Source: Xylographa opegraphella (Eukaryota). Taken from it: 64,000 nt of DNA. The position numbers were made by a program, and so were the translations under genes. The stretch is taken from NCBI GenBank assembly GCA_022813865.1, contig JALDZX010000012.1, positions 186,001 through 250,000 of the forward strand, given 5' to 3'. Positions 24,487-37,455 of the stretch are shown here, one piece after another. Numbering within the stretch: the stretch's first letter is position 1; the number at the start of each line of letters is the position of its first letter. The notes beneath the pieces are model-generated. The model did no database searches, was not told the DNA's origin, and saw only the letters and a list, made by a program, of their open reading frames with translations.

Positions 24487-25805
24487 CGTAAGGGGGGATG
24501 GAGGTTTGGGACACCGGAACGTGAAGTTTCGCGGGAGTGAGACTCCGTTCTCGAACTGGGCTCCTGGGGGGGAAAGTACGAGAGCAGCGAGCCATGTTCT
24601 TCAATCCCGCAAGTTCATCATTCCATGCGTACCGTGCAACCTCCTCGGGTCACTGCACCAATCGGTTCATCTGCGGGGGAGTTGTCTTAATGCTCACAGG
24701 ATTGGAGTTCGGCTGCGCCATGCCACCATAACGTGCAAACGTATCCTACTTGGTATTTCAGGGTATTAAATCTTAGCGCCTTCAGAGTACCGAGTACGTA
24801 AGTTAGGTTCACAACCACTCCGCGATTCCGTGATACGATGAGAGTTATTATAATCCTTAGGGATCATAAGACTTATGCTCTATTCGTGTAGTTGTGCTGT
24901 GAGTATCAGGACTTATTTTTTGGGCCAGTGAGGAAAGATAGAAATTAGAGCCCTATCCGAGGCGCTAACGTATGTCGGACATTTGATAAGCTATCTTGGA
25001 ACGCCAAGCCCTCGCTCACGGGTACGACGGCCCGAGCCATACGATCTACCTTGTTTCGGATAACATCGGAATATTTCAGCTCCAATGATGCCGATGGGGA
25101 GGGAAAGGTGCCAACCAACCGTCAGCTACCTTAGCCATTGAGGTACGATACCAACCACTTCCATTTGAGAGAAAGAGTTACTGATCGGCAGTAGCGTCGG
25201 TCGGGAATGCAGCATGCTGCAGCACCGTTACCTGCTCTGTGCATGCTGCGGCTGACAGATGCTATTGTCATACCTTCTCGTTGAGGTCAATTCTCCGTCG
25301 CTTCGGTGAAACTGTGGGTGCCTCTCCTGCAAGATTGCGACACACTTTCTGTGATAGGACTTACCGCTGTTTACTTCGGCTGGGATGGTAGATCGCGTAT
25401 CTCAGGCTAGTCGTTCTGTCTTACCCATGATTCCAACGAGCTGTGGACTCATGGTGCAGCTGATATCAGCTTGGCCGAAAGCAGCAAGCCAGCTAGACTT
25501 TTGAGCCGTCTTTCAAGACCAACCAGATGGCGACAATTCCAGACGGTAGCTGTGGAACGGTGAAAGCCTGGCTTCGGTGTGACCAAGAGGCAGCACACAA
25601 CCAGTGGAGAGTAACTTGAAGGAATTTCGATGCTACGAACATTGTGCGGCTGCATTCCTCCGAGTACATTTCTTCTGCTTGATCACCATCCTCTTAGTAT
25701 TTGTGTGTTAGAACATCACGGTTTGGCATAATTTATAGGTAGGGGTTGTGGATCTTGATGCTTCATTACCATACTTACCGTATTGTCTTGGATAGCTGCT
25801 AGGAA

Positions 25806-28800
25806 ATGGCGCGCCTTACCAATAGTGTTGCATCATCAAAGCCTGGCCAGGCTTCTTCTGCAAGCTCGTGCAGTCCAGGTATTTGCCAAGACGAAGACAA
25901 AATTGGTCCCGTAGCAGTTGTGGGGTTTTCCTTCGGATTTCCCCAGGATGCTACTTCATCAGATGCTTTTTGGGAGATATTGATGAAACAACGAAATACT
26001 TTGACCCCGATTCCTACGGACCGCTGTAATATTGATGGACTTTACCACCCAGGTCCGAACCGGCGTGGTCAAGTAGGTTGGTCTCTCAAGTCAGCTTTAT
26101 ATGTTGACGGAGGCCTCAGATCCGAGTCCAGGGTGGTCACTTTCTTCGGGAAAGCCTCGCTGCATTTGACGCTCCGTTCTTCTCAATCTCGAACACAGAC
26201 GCGGCAGCCATGGACCCACAACAGCGTGGACTACTAGAATACACATATAAGGCTTTGGAGAATGGTAAGTCCAGCATCAGAAAGTTACATCTCAGATTAT
26301 GACATTTACAATACAATAGCTGGCATGCCTCTCAGCCGTGTTAGCGGCACGAAGACTTCAGTGTATACGGGATCATTCTCTACTGACTGGCAGCACCTTG
26401 TGTTCAAAGATCCAGAGCAATGCCCGCCTACAGCCGGACTTGGTTGTCAGCCATGTCTTAATGCGAACCGCATAAGCTGGTTCTTCAACCTTACTGGAAA
26501 TAGTGCTAACATTGATACGGCTTGCTCCAGCAGCTTAGTAGCTCTGGATCTTGGCTGTAAGGAACTGCTCAGGGGAGAGACGGAGATGGTACGTCTCGTG
26601 TACTCACTTTCAAAACACGAAGTTGATACATAATGGCTTATAGAGCATTGTGGCTGGTGCTAACATACTACTTTCACCAGCTAACTTGATTTCCCTTGAA
26701 AACTTGGGAATGTTATCTCCAGATGGTCAGTGTTACAGCTTTGACCATCGAGGTAACGGGTATAGCAGAGGAGAGGGATTTGGTGTCTTGATTTTGAAAC
26801 GCTTATCGGATGCTATCAAAGATCACGACACTATACGAGCCATCATTCGGAACTCGGGCTGTAATCAAGACGGCTACACTCCCGGCCTTACTCAGCCAAA
26901 TCCTCTTGCCCAGGAAGCCCTGATCCGCGATACATACTCTACTGCAGGTCTGACAATGGATCCCGTCAGATTCTTGGAGGCTCATGGGACTGGAACTCCT
27001 GTTGGCGACCCCATTGAATCAAACGCTTTCGGCACAGCATTCAGGCAAAGCCGAACACTGCAAGATCCACTTTGGGTTGGCGCTGTCAAAGCGAACATTG
27101 GCCACCTTGAAGGATGCAGTGGTATTGCAGGAGTAATCAAAACCATTCTGATTCTTGAGAAAGCAATTATCCCCCCAAATACGAACTTTGAACAGACCAA
27201 CCCGAAAATTGATACTGAATTCTTGCATATACAGGTACCAAAACCTTCAGAATTCCCTCTGTTTTGCTACTTACTAACATGTTATGTAGTTCCCTCTAAA
27301 GGCAATACCATGGCCTACGAACGGAATCCGTCGAGCATCCGTCAATTCTTTCGGTAACTCTGGCACTAATGCTGTAAGACTATAGTGATTGAAATTTATA
27401 CTTAAGAAAGGGGCTTTGCTTACTTTGGTTTCAGCATGTTATACTCGACGATGCTTTCCATTACCTCCACAATCATGGCCTTCTTGGAAGTCACGTTACT
27501 GTTGAACGCCCACCAACTCAAGCCCATCTTACTACACCATTACTGCAAGTCCCATCTTTCGATTCACATACTCATATCAATGGTTGGAACTTCGAGCCTG
27601 CGAGACCAAAGCTGTTGATGTTTTCGACACACGACGAGAATGGAATCAAACGCCAGGCGAATGAATTAGCGTCATATTATCAGAGGGTTACTATTTCCCC
27701 AGAACGTTTCCCAGCCTATCTGAATAATCTGGCGCACACGCTGAGCAACAGGAGAAGCTCTTTTCCATGGACATCTTTCACTATCGCAAGATCGTTGGAG
27801 GATCTACAAAAGCTTAGCACCCTTGTGTCATCTGCACAAAAGTCGATCCTACACCCATCAATCGCCTTTATATTTACTGGTCAAGGTGCTCAGTGGGCAG
27901 AGATGGGCTATGAGTTAATGACTTACCAAGTCTTCGCGCAGAGTCTCCATGAGGCAGAGGAACACCTTCATGATCTTGGTAGTCTGTGGCGTTTACGCGA
28001 GGAGATTGCCAAGAAAGAAGGATGTTCCAATATCAATGAGCCAGACTTGAGCCAGCCTGTGACTACAGCTGTCCAGATTGCGCTTGTTGACCTTCTCAAT
28101 AGCCTCAATGTTCATGCCACAGCCGTTGTTGGACATTCTTCTGGCGAAATTGCAGCTGCTTATAGCATCGGCGCTATCTCGGCCAAAGCTGCTTTAAGAA
28201 TCGCATATTGCCGTGGTAAAGTAGCCGCTACGCTTGCAAAGTCCAGCTGCAAGCAGGGAACCATGATGTCTGTCGGCCTTTCCGAGACTCAACTTCAGCC
28301 TTTCCTTGAGGAGATGGCTTCACAGTCAAAAGGATGCGATTTGACTGTGGCGTGCATCAACAGTCCAAAGAATTTGACTATTTCCGGAAGTACAATTCAT
28401 ATCAGTACTTTGCAATCGATCTTGGAAAGGGAGAAGATATTTTGCCGCAGGTTGCTGGTCGATGTCGCATATCATTCTCCGCATATGATGAGTGTTGTGG
28501 ATGACTATCGTATAATGATTCAAAACATAGAGAGAGGCAACAATTTCCAACAGGCAAGCACTATGATATCTTCTGTAACTGGAAGGAAAGTGATGGCGGT
28601 TGAGCTTACGTCACCTGAATACTGGGTCTCAAACATGGTGTCTTGTGTACAGTTCTCTGAGGCAGTTACTCACCTGTTATCTCGATCTGTACGCAGAATT
28701 CGGAAGAAACTTGATCTGAGCCATCGGAACGAGTTTTGTATTAACATGCTGATTGAGATTGGTCCACATTGCGCGCTCCAAGGTCCAATCCGAGATATTC

Positions 28801-31800
28801 TAACCAATTCGCAAGACGCTGCTAACATCAGCTACACTTCGCTTCTAGTACGGAAAACCTCGGCCTTAGATTCATTGCTGACTGCATCTGGCCGAATTAA
28901 AGGTCTCGGGTATCCAATAAATCTCGATAAGGTAAACTGTTCAAGCGTGGGGAATCATCCGCCTTTGGCACCATTACCAGACTTGCCAGGATATCCCTTT
29001 GATCATTCAAAATCGTACTGGCATGAAAGCAGAATCAGCAAAACTTTCCGAGGGCAATCTCAAGGCAAATTGGATCTTTTAGGCAAGCCCGTATCCGACT
29101 GGAATCCACTAGAGGCTAAATGGCGTAACAATCTTCGCATCTCCGAGATGCCGTGGATGGAAGATCATATCATTAACGGCTCACTGGTGTACCCTGGGGC
29201 TGGAATGCTTGTCATGGCAATTGAGGCGGCGAATCAAATGGCAGACGCAACTCAGTCCATTGCTGGATTTGAATTGAAGGATGTTCTTTTTTCTCGATGG
29301 CTCAAAATCCCGCAAGATTCCGAGGGCATTGAGACTCAACTTTCTCTACATTTGTCACAGGATTCACCGAGCGCTGTCAGTGCATGGTCTGAATTTCGGC
29401 TTTCTGCCTATGAAAATGAAAAGTGGCACGAATGTTGTTCAGGATCCGTCCGTGTAAAATATGAAGCCACTACGGACGAAGTCGACATGGGAAAGGAGGA
29501 CTTAGAAGCACTCAAAGCAAGCTGTGAAATTGAGGCTACAATGACTGAATCGTGTCAGCAAACTCTGGATGCCAAGATGATGTATCAGCATCTGGCAAAA
29601 GATGGTTCGAAATATGGTTCCGCGTTTCAGCGAATTGTGGAAGTCCAGTTCGGAGAGCAAAATCAGGCCAAAGCAAGGATCGAGCTTTTCAAGTGGCCGG
29701 GAGCTGAACATCCTCAAACCCACGTTATCCATCCAACGACACTTGATTCTATTTTCCATTTGTCACTCGTCGGCTTTGCCAAAGGTGGTCAGAAAGATAT
29801 CCCAACACTGATCCCAACCTCTCTGAGAAAGTTGTGGATAAAAAAGACCGGTCTGAGTTATCCTCAAAATGATACTGTGAAGGCCTGTACTTGGATCACC
29901 AGACAAGACAATCGAGGCGCTGAATTCGATCACTCCGCTATTGATTCCTCAGAGAATTCCCTCCTGGTGCAAGTACAGGGTCTCGGGCTTACGAGTATAG
30001 CCCGCAAAGAAGCTTTGGATTCATTCATCTCATCTGAGGATCGCCATATGTGCTATCATATTGAGCACCGACCAGACCCAGAGCTTCTCGGTTCTAGTCA
30101 CGGTTTGACCATTTGCGAGCAATTCAATCACCACCACCTCGAATCCATTGACGATTATCTGAGCATCTTGGCTCACAAAAGTCCTGGTCTTGCAATCCTC
30201 GACGTCAATGCAGATGAGGGAAGGATCACACCCGAATCAGATGGATCCTCTTCATCGTATGACGAGTTCAAAGACCTGGACCCTGCGAGCTATTCTAACC
30301 CCAATGGTATTGGCATGTCGCGGACTTTCATCGAGCGTGTTGCTGATAGTTCCATGAAATATACACAGCTAAGCCTCGAGCACGTGAATATTCGATCTGA
30401 TCCTGTTGAACGAGGCTATAAAGCTGGATCCTACGATGTAATTGTGGCCACCGATATACTCTATGCCTCCAGACATATCAACTCAGCCTTGCCACAACTT
30501 TACAAGCTTTTACGCCCTGGCGGAAGGCTTCTCGTACGCGAGCGACTCCATGGCAGTCAACAGGGGATGTCGCTCTTCTCTGACCAGGTTCGGAGCCAAC
30601 TAGGAAGTACCGACTTTGCTAGCCAGATCATAAATTTAGGAAACTCTGGGAATAGGAGCAGTCTGGAACACATTCAGGTCATCAAGAAGCCTGATTATAA
30701 TGGCTTCAATAAGGCCAAGGCGAAGAGAATAGTGGTGGTCGTAGAATCCAGATCCGCTATGCAAGCCCATTTATCGAAGAGACTAACAGTGCTTTTGAGC
30801 TCTGTTGGTATGAATACGGTCGAGGTCGTCGATCTCTCCCAGGTATCAGGTCTACCACAAAAGGAACAAACGATATTTATCTGCCTACAAGAAATCGATC
30901 GACCTTATCTATACAACTTATCTGCGGATGATTACTCGATTCTGCAAGATTTTCTGGTCTTAGCACCAGATATCCTATGGGTCACTCCTAATGGAGGCTC
31001 CGTCCCTGGACGTCCAGAGTACAACATCATAACTGGCCTGGCGCGAGTCCTTCGCAATGAGTATGAAGATCATCGAATTACTACATTGGCATTCGACGTT
31101 CAAAGCAAATTCTCGGACAACCAATTGCAAAGCCTGCTTCAGGTTCTAGAAGCCAATCACATTGATTCCAATGCCAGTACATGCGATCCAGAATACGTCG
31201 AGATGGACGGTGTACTCTGTATCCCTCGACTTATTCCAGCCCCAATATTGAGCAAGGAGCTATATCAAAGATCACTTCCCAAGCAGTCGGGTACAAGTCT
31301 AATACACAGCGCACCGCCTCTCACTCTATCCATAGAATATCCTGGTCTCCTTGATACTCTGCATTTTGCGAACGATACAATTTTCCCACAACCACTTGTG
31401 GGTGACGAGGTCGAGATACAGACCCAAGCCATTGGTATGAACTTCAAAGACTGTCTCACCGCGCTTGGCCAGGTATCAAACTCGAACTTCGGTCTCGAAT
31501 GCGCCGGGATTGTCACAAGAGTTGGTCCCGAGTGCGATATAAAGCCAGGCACCCGGATCATGATGACTGGCGGTAACTGTTTCAAGACGTTTGCCAGAGG
31601 GAAGGCTGCTTGTACGTGGAAAATACCAGCGAAAATGTCTTTCCTCGAGGCAGCCGCCATCCCGGCGCAGTTTGGCACTGCGTGGATTGCCCTTAAAAAC
31701 ATGGCTCGACTTCAGGCAGGTGAAACGATACTGATCCATGCGGGTGCTGGAGGCACCGGGCAGGCTGCCATTCAAATTGCACAGTTTCTTGGTGCTACCG

Positions 31801-33592
31801 TGTTCGCAACTGTTGGCTCTTATGCCAAAAAACGACTTCTCGTGGATGAATATGGTATTTCAGAGGATCATATTTTCTACAGTCGTGGCACAAATTTCCA
31901 AGGAGGTGTTATGCGATCTACTAAAGGACGTGGTGTAGACGTCGTACTTAATTCTCTAGCCGGTGATAAGCTAATTGCTTCATGGGACTGCATAGGACCC
32001 TTCGGTCGATTCATCGAAATCGGCAAGAAAGACATTATGTCCAATTCAGATCTTCCTATGCTTGCCTTCCAGAAGAATGCTTCGTTCATTGGCTTTGACA
32101 CGGCGCTATGGGCCGAAGAGCGACCAGCGCAGATGCAACGTGAATTTCATGATTTACTTGCTCTTTTCGAGAATGACAGCCTTCACACCCAACGGCCATT
32201 GCATGTCTATAACATCGCTGAAGTAGAAAAGGTATTCCGATTGATGCAAGATGGCAAAGTCTTCGGCAAAATTGTCTTAGAGGTTACTCCCGATGCCCAA
32301 GTTCCGGTATGGGTAGATTTCTTTCAGTTGACAAGAATGCTGACTCCTGAGCAACAGACTACGCTTGAGACAACACCATCCTTCACCTTTGATTCAAATG
32401 CAACCTATGTGATTGCAGGAGGACTCGGAGGATTAGGCCGCAGCACGGCTCGTTGGATGATCAGTCGTAATGCTAAGAATTTGATCCTACTCTCAAGGTC
32501 AGGAGCTCGTACGGAAGTGGCCCGCAGCTTTTTAGAGGAAGTGGAACGCTGTGGTGTTTCAGTGCGAGCACCAGCTTGTGATGTAACAAACTCTGAGGTT
32601 ATGCAAGAAGTTTTTGGACGTCTGACCAACGAGCTTCCGCCTATCAAAGGTTGTATCCAGGCAAGTGTTGTAGCACGGGTACGTCAGATAACCTTAAACC
32701 CTTGCTGGTATCAAACTTGTTACTAATCTTGTTCCAGGATGGGCTGTTCGAGAAAATGAGCTTTGAAGACTGGAAAAGTGCCGCCGATTGTAAGACTACG
32801 GGCACTTGGAACTTACACGCCAATCTCCCCAGGGGCATGGACTTCTTCATCCTACTGTCTTCAACGTCTGGCATTGCCGGTCTGCGCGGCCAATCCAACT
32901 ACAATGCCGGAAATACGTACGAGGACGCCTTCGCCCAATATCGTGTAGCACTCGGCGAGAAAGCCGTTGCTCTCGACCTTGGAGCGATGACGGAAGATGG
33001 AATCCTGGCCGAGAATCCTAGCCTTCTCAAACGCGTTCTCGCATATGGTGCATTAGACGGTGTCAACCGGCAACGATATTACGGCCTCCTTGACTATTAC
33101 TGCAATCCAGAATTGCCGATGTTGTCGCGAAGCGACAGCCAAACAATCGTCGGCATGGGCACCGGAGGAGGACCGGGACTCGACAGCATCGACCTCAGCC
33201 GCCAGCCGATGCTTCGCCCGATCTTGCAAGGGAAAGGCAAATCGGCGTCAGGGTCCGACGGGTCCGGCAAAGACAAAATCGACTTCCGCCAACGACTGCT
33301 GGACTCCGCATCCCTCGTGGAAGCTGGCCAGATCGTCATGCAGGCTCTGATTCACAAGCTGTCCAAATCGCTTCCGCAGATGCAGAGCGATGTCGACGTA
33401 CACCAGCCGCTGCAAGCGCACGGCGTCGACTCCCTCCTCGCGGTCGAGCTGCGGAACTGGATCATGAAGGAGTTTCGGGCCAACGTGGCCGTCTTTGAAA
33501 CGCAAGGCGGGTCGACACTTTCCACGTTGGGGATGGTGGTGGCGGAGAGGAGCGAGTTGGAGCACGGGGCGTGGAGTCTGCAGGCGGAGTGA
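25806..33592 (+). CDS. Highly reducing iterative type I polyketide synthase KS-AT-DH-(inactive MT)-ER-KR-ACP
   Basis: [50 protein letters not shown] and [27 protein letters not shown] and [17 protein letters not shown]. About seven introns; no C-terminal TE or R domain. Confidence 0.95.
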
Positions 33593-34561
33593 AGATTGTT
33601 GTTTTTACTTCATCGCCTTTCAAGCTTTCACCGCAACATCGTAGATGTGTCGAGAGACTCTTTTCGATCAAGATCCCAGTTCACGTGTGGATGGTATTCT
33701 GACAGCTCGTGAGCCGGTGCCTTGACAGCATCCCGCTCCGCGATTCATTGTGCGTTGGACGCTGTCGTTGTTACGATTATCTGGATGGTCTCGTCACGGT
33801 GTGCTGTAGCAGTGCTCGAGGCGCTTGCATTCAACAGAAGGGTACGTCGTCCTACGGGTCCGTGGTGGCTCGAACGCGGGCCCAACTGTAGTGCGTAGAT
33901 GTATATAGCCACAAGATGAAGCATGCACTCTGCTTCATAGCGTCATTCTTTCTGGACCCGACTGCGAGGTAGATAGACGGTCAAGGCCTCCCAGGCAGCA
34001 GCTTAGTCGAATCCGGGTTCTCAAACTGCTGCTGCATGGAAATTGAGTATCTCGTGGGCTGAGCCAGGTGTGATGCAAGGTACACACCACACGCCCCAAT
34101 AATGCGTATTGGGGTCGCGGAGGCAGCTTTGCCCGAAGGCCTAGTCTGCTGGCGGCCAACATGGCCAGTCGAGACGGCGCCAGCCGCTGCTTCATTGGAA
34201 CTTCTGACGCCGTGCCTGCGATATTCGGTGCAGGTGGTGCGAGTGGCGGTACCTGCAGTGGTGGTATCAGAGTTGGACGCGGGATCGATGGTTATAATTC
34301 CTATTTCCCATTCTTTCACACGAGGGTGAAAAGTAGTGTTTACTTACCGCAGACGGGGAACGGGATTTGGAGGGAAAGGATTATCTTACTCAAACGAAGG
34401 ATTCGACCAAAACCAATCGATTTCGCTCCGTGGTTCGTTAAAATTCATGAAATCCCCTATCCAAGACCCATCAGGAAAAGCAAAAAATACAAAACGAAGA
34501 CCAAAAGCATCCTGCCTACCCCTCCCCCTCCCGCAACTACAAACCACCAACCCCCCCCCCC

Positions 34562-34693
34562 NNNNNNNNNNNNNNNNNNNNNNNNNNNNNNNNNNNNNNN
34601 NNNNNNNNNNNNNNNNNNNNNNNNNNNNNNNNNNNNNNNNNNNNNNNNNNNNNNNNNNNNNNNNNNNNNNNNNNNNNNNNNNNNNNNNNNNNN
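34562..34693. other. Assembly gap (run of N) flanked by poly-C and poly-G tracts
   Basis: Ns from 34562 to 34693. Confidence 0.99.
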
Positions 34694-35223
34694 GGGGGTT
34701 AGTGGTTGGTTGTTTGGTGGGGGGGGGGGGAATGGGGGAGGGAGTGGATGAGGAGGATGTATTTGTGAGATGTTGGGAAAGGGGGAAGGGGAGGAGGTTG
34801 TGAGCAAAGTGAGAGAACCAGCCAGGACGTGCTGGCGGGGGACACAGGAGGGAAGGAAACTCTCCCACGCCGCTTCCAGCAAAGCCAGCCGCACCGCATC
34901 CCCCCCCCCCCACCAACGAGAGTGGCGAACGAAGAAACACAAAGGGACGAAAGGAAGAGAGGGAGAGAAAGAGAAAACCCAATCCACGAACCCTTAACCG
35001 TATACGACGTCTTATTCTCCCCGAACCACTGCAAGTACTTGTCCTCGATCCAAGGCATATCTGTTTTCCACACAACAACATCATCAATCAGCCTCTCGTT
35101 TGCCCCAATCTCCCCATCCCCACCCCCCCAAATACACAACACAAACACCCGCCAAGGAACTAGACAGGGCAACAACTCACAGTACGTATAGTTCTCATTA
35201 TACTTCTTCCTCGTCCACTCCAT
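34694..35223 (-). CDS. Small conserved fungal hypothetical protein, 3' part probably in the gap
   Basis: MEWTRKKYNENY|..MPWIEDKYLQWFGENKTSYTVK resembles a widespread small ascomycete protein; a branch-point-like CTAAC lies just before the gap on the minus strand. Confidence 0.6.
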
Positions 35224-35943
35224 CGTGAAAAGGTGCGTCGAGATCGTAGACCGGACCCTTCCCCCGAATTCCCCAAGAATTTTCCCCAAGAAGTGAGTGG
35301 GGTTTTTCGAAGAATGTAAGAAGAATGCGCCCCCCCTCTTCCCTAAATAAGATCTCAAACACTCCGGCAACTTTCGCTCGCAGACACGCACGGTATAGGA
35401 TTCGGTGACAATGGTAGTTTCGTGCAGCTCTTCAGAAAGCCCTAGCTCAAACACACAGACACGAAAATAAGGTAGATATTCACAATCTTTCAAAAAACCG
35501 TGAAGCGCCCACGAAAAGCAGCGAAGGCGGACAACTTAACTTAACATCCACATCCACATGCCCTACCAGTCTACATATAATAATCCTGTAAAATCACCCG
35601 CCTACCGTATCGGGCATGACGTAGCCCCTTCCCCTCCTAGCGCCCATCTGCGCCCGGTTTTCCCCCCGACTCGCGCAGGGGGCTCTGGTCCGTTCCTTGT
35701 TTTTGGAGGCGCGGCTGACCGGGGTGCGCCACACGCATGGGGGATTTGGTGCGGCTGGTGGGCTGCTGTCATGGGAGAGGCGGGTTATGGTACAGGAGGG
35801 AGTGTGATCTTTTCTACACGAGGGGAGGAGCTAAAGGAGTGAGAAGTTTGGGGGGGGGGAGGGGATGGTTTGTGTGTTCTACGTAGGCGGGTGGGAGAGG
35901 GGGATGGGAGGTTTTGTTGGGGGCGATGATACCGGTATGGGGA

Positions 35944-36016
35944 GGTGATGGTGGTGGTGGTGGTGGTGATGGTGGTGGTGGTGGTGGTGGTGGTGGTGGT
36001 GGTGGTGGTGGTGGTG
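35944..36016 (+). repeat. (GGT)n microsatellite with GAT interruptions
   Basis: Directly visible tandem GGT run of about 70 bp. Confidence 0.95.
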
Positions 36017-36331
36017 TGAAACATACAGCAATGGTCAGAGTTCAACGGAAAGCGTGACCAGCACCTGGGATCACCCCCGTCCTGGAGAAATGCTGCCCAA
36101 CGCTCATTCGATTCATCCGCTCTCCGAGCTCTCCGCTACAATGCGTCCATGCCCCCTCTCTGCAAGTGACTACCTTCGTCACCCGTCCTTTGTGACGATA
36201 GCAGAGCACGCACAGTGCGATCATGAGTCTACGCTCTTCGCTCCCGGGAACCAAGATAATCGAGCAACATACGCGAGACCCAAAACTCGAACGCCCAGGC
36301 CATCAATGCCCCGATCCACCTGGGGGAGAAA

Positions 36332-37455
36332 TCAATAATGATGTCCGGCCTTGCGCGGACACATGAAGAACTCCTGGATCGGCCCGCCGAAGAGGGCGGT
36401 GTCGTTGAAGTAGGCGCTGTTGTAGTCGATGGTGCTGCAGAAGCCGCCGCCCGTGGGGCCGACGTGTGGGCAATGGACCTAGACGGCGATTTGTTTAGTA
36501 GGGGAGGACTTCGGTACATTGGTCGGGCCGTGCCTGAGAAGAGCAACGGTACTCACGTCGGGATCGATCAGGGTCAAAATCACGTGGATGCTCCGGCACA
36601 CGACGTCGTCGCCCCAGGCCTCATCATAGGATCCAAAGGGCTTCGCTGTGAGCACGGAGATACAGTCCGCCACGCTGCTGTACTGGGTGTTGGCGCCGAC
36701 GCAGCGCTGCTGCACATTGTTGCAGATGTTCTCGATGAAAACAGGCTGCACAGCAGGGGCGGTCACGTCCGCGCCCTGGCCGATGATGGTCCAGTTCGCG
36801 AGGTTGGGAATCCAGGCGTCGTATTTCAGAACAAGGCCGTTGTCGTCGAAATTCCAGTTGGCGACCTGATGGAGGATAAGTGTTAGTGTAACGCGAAATC
36901 AAGGTCACCGAAGGATAACAGTGAGACGAAAAGAGTTGCAACAGCAGTGTTAAATCAGATTTAAAAACCTCGATGGTGTCAATGGAACGTTGATTTGACG
37001 TGAAAGTGATGGCGCACCTGCTTGAGTGTAGCAATGAATTTTCCGTCATCCGGTTGACCAGGACTATAGGTACTGCAGACCAGATACACGACCGACGAGG
37101 CAACATGGGGGCATCCAGAGTTATACTCTACAATCTCCGCCTTGCTGATGGTAACATTGGTGGGAGGACCTGGCAGAGGTGCCAGGCCGAAGAAGTATTC
37201 AATCGATTCGTTGAAACCGGTAAAAACACCGACCGGATCAATGCGGCCCGTTGCGGCTTCGTTGAACAGGCCGGCGGGCACAGCACTCGCGCCATGTAGA
37301 ATTATGGGGACGTTGTTGGGATACACGGTCAAGTTGTAGATGCTCTGGATCGTTCGCAGATTGCGGTCGACATAATTCTCTCGTGAAGAAGCTACAGCCT
37401 GTGACGAAGCAAAAAGAAGCGAGCACAGAGCGAACGGCCAATTGAGTGAATACAT
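36332..37455 (-). CDS. Secreted cysteine-containing protein of a conserved fungal family (possibly NTF2/SnoaL-like fold)
   Basis: Signal peptide MYSLNWPFALCSLLFASSQA; RNLRTIQSIYNLTVYPNN, ATGRIDPVG.F.GF.ESIEYFFGLAP, KQ|VANWNFDDNG..KYDAWIPNL, KPFGSYDEAWGDDVVCRSIH, VHCPHVGPTGGG; two introns; stop at 36332-36334. Confidence 0.8.

Noticed and set aside
34161..35087. ORFs spanning the N gap
   Set aside because: Artefacts of translating through Ns and homopolymer tracts.
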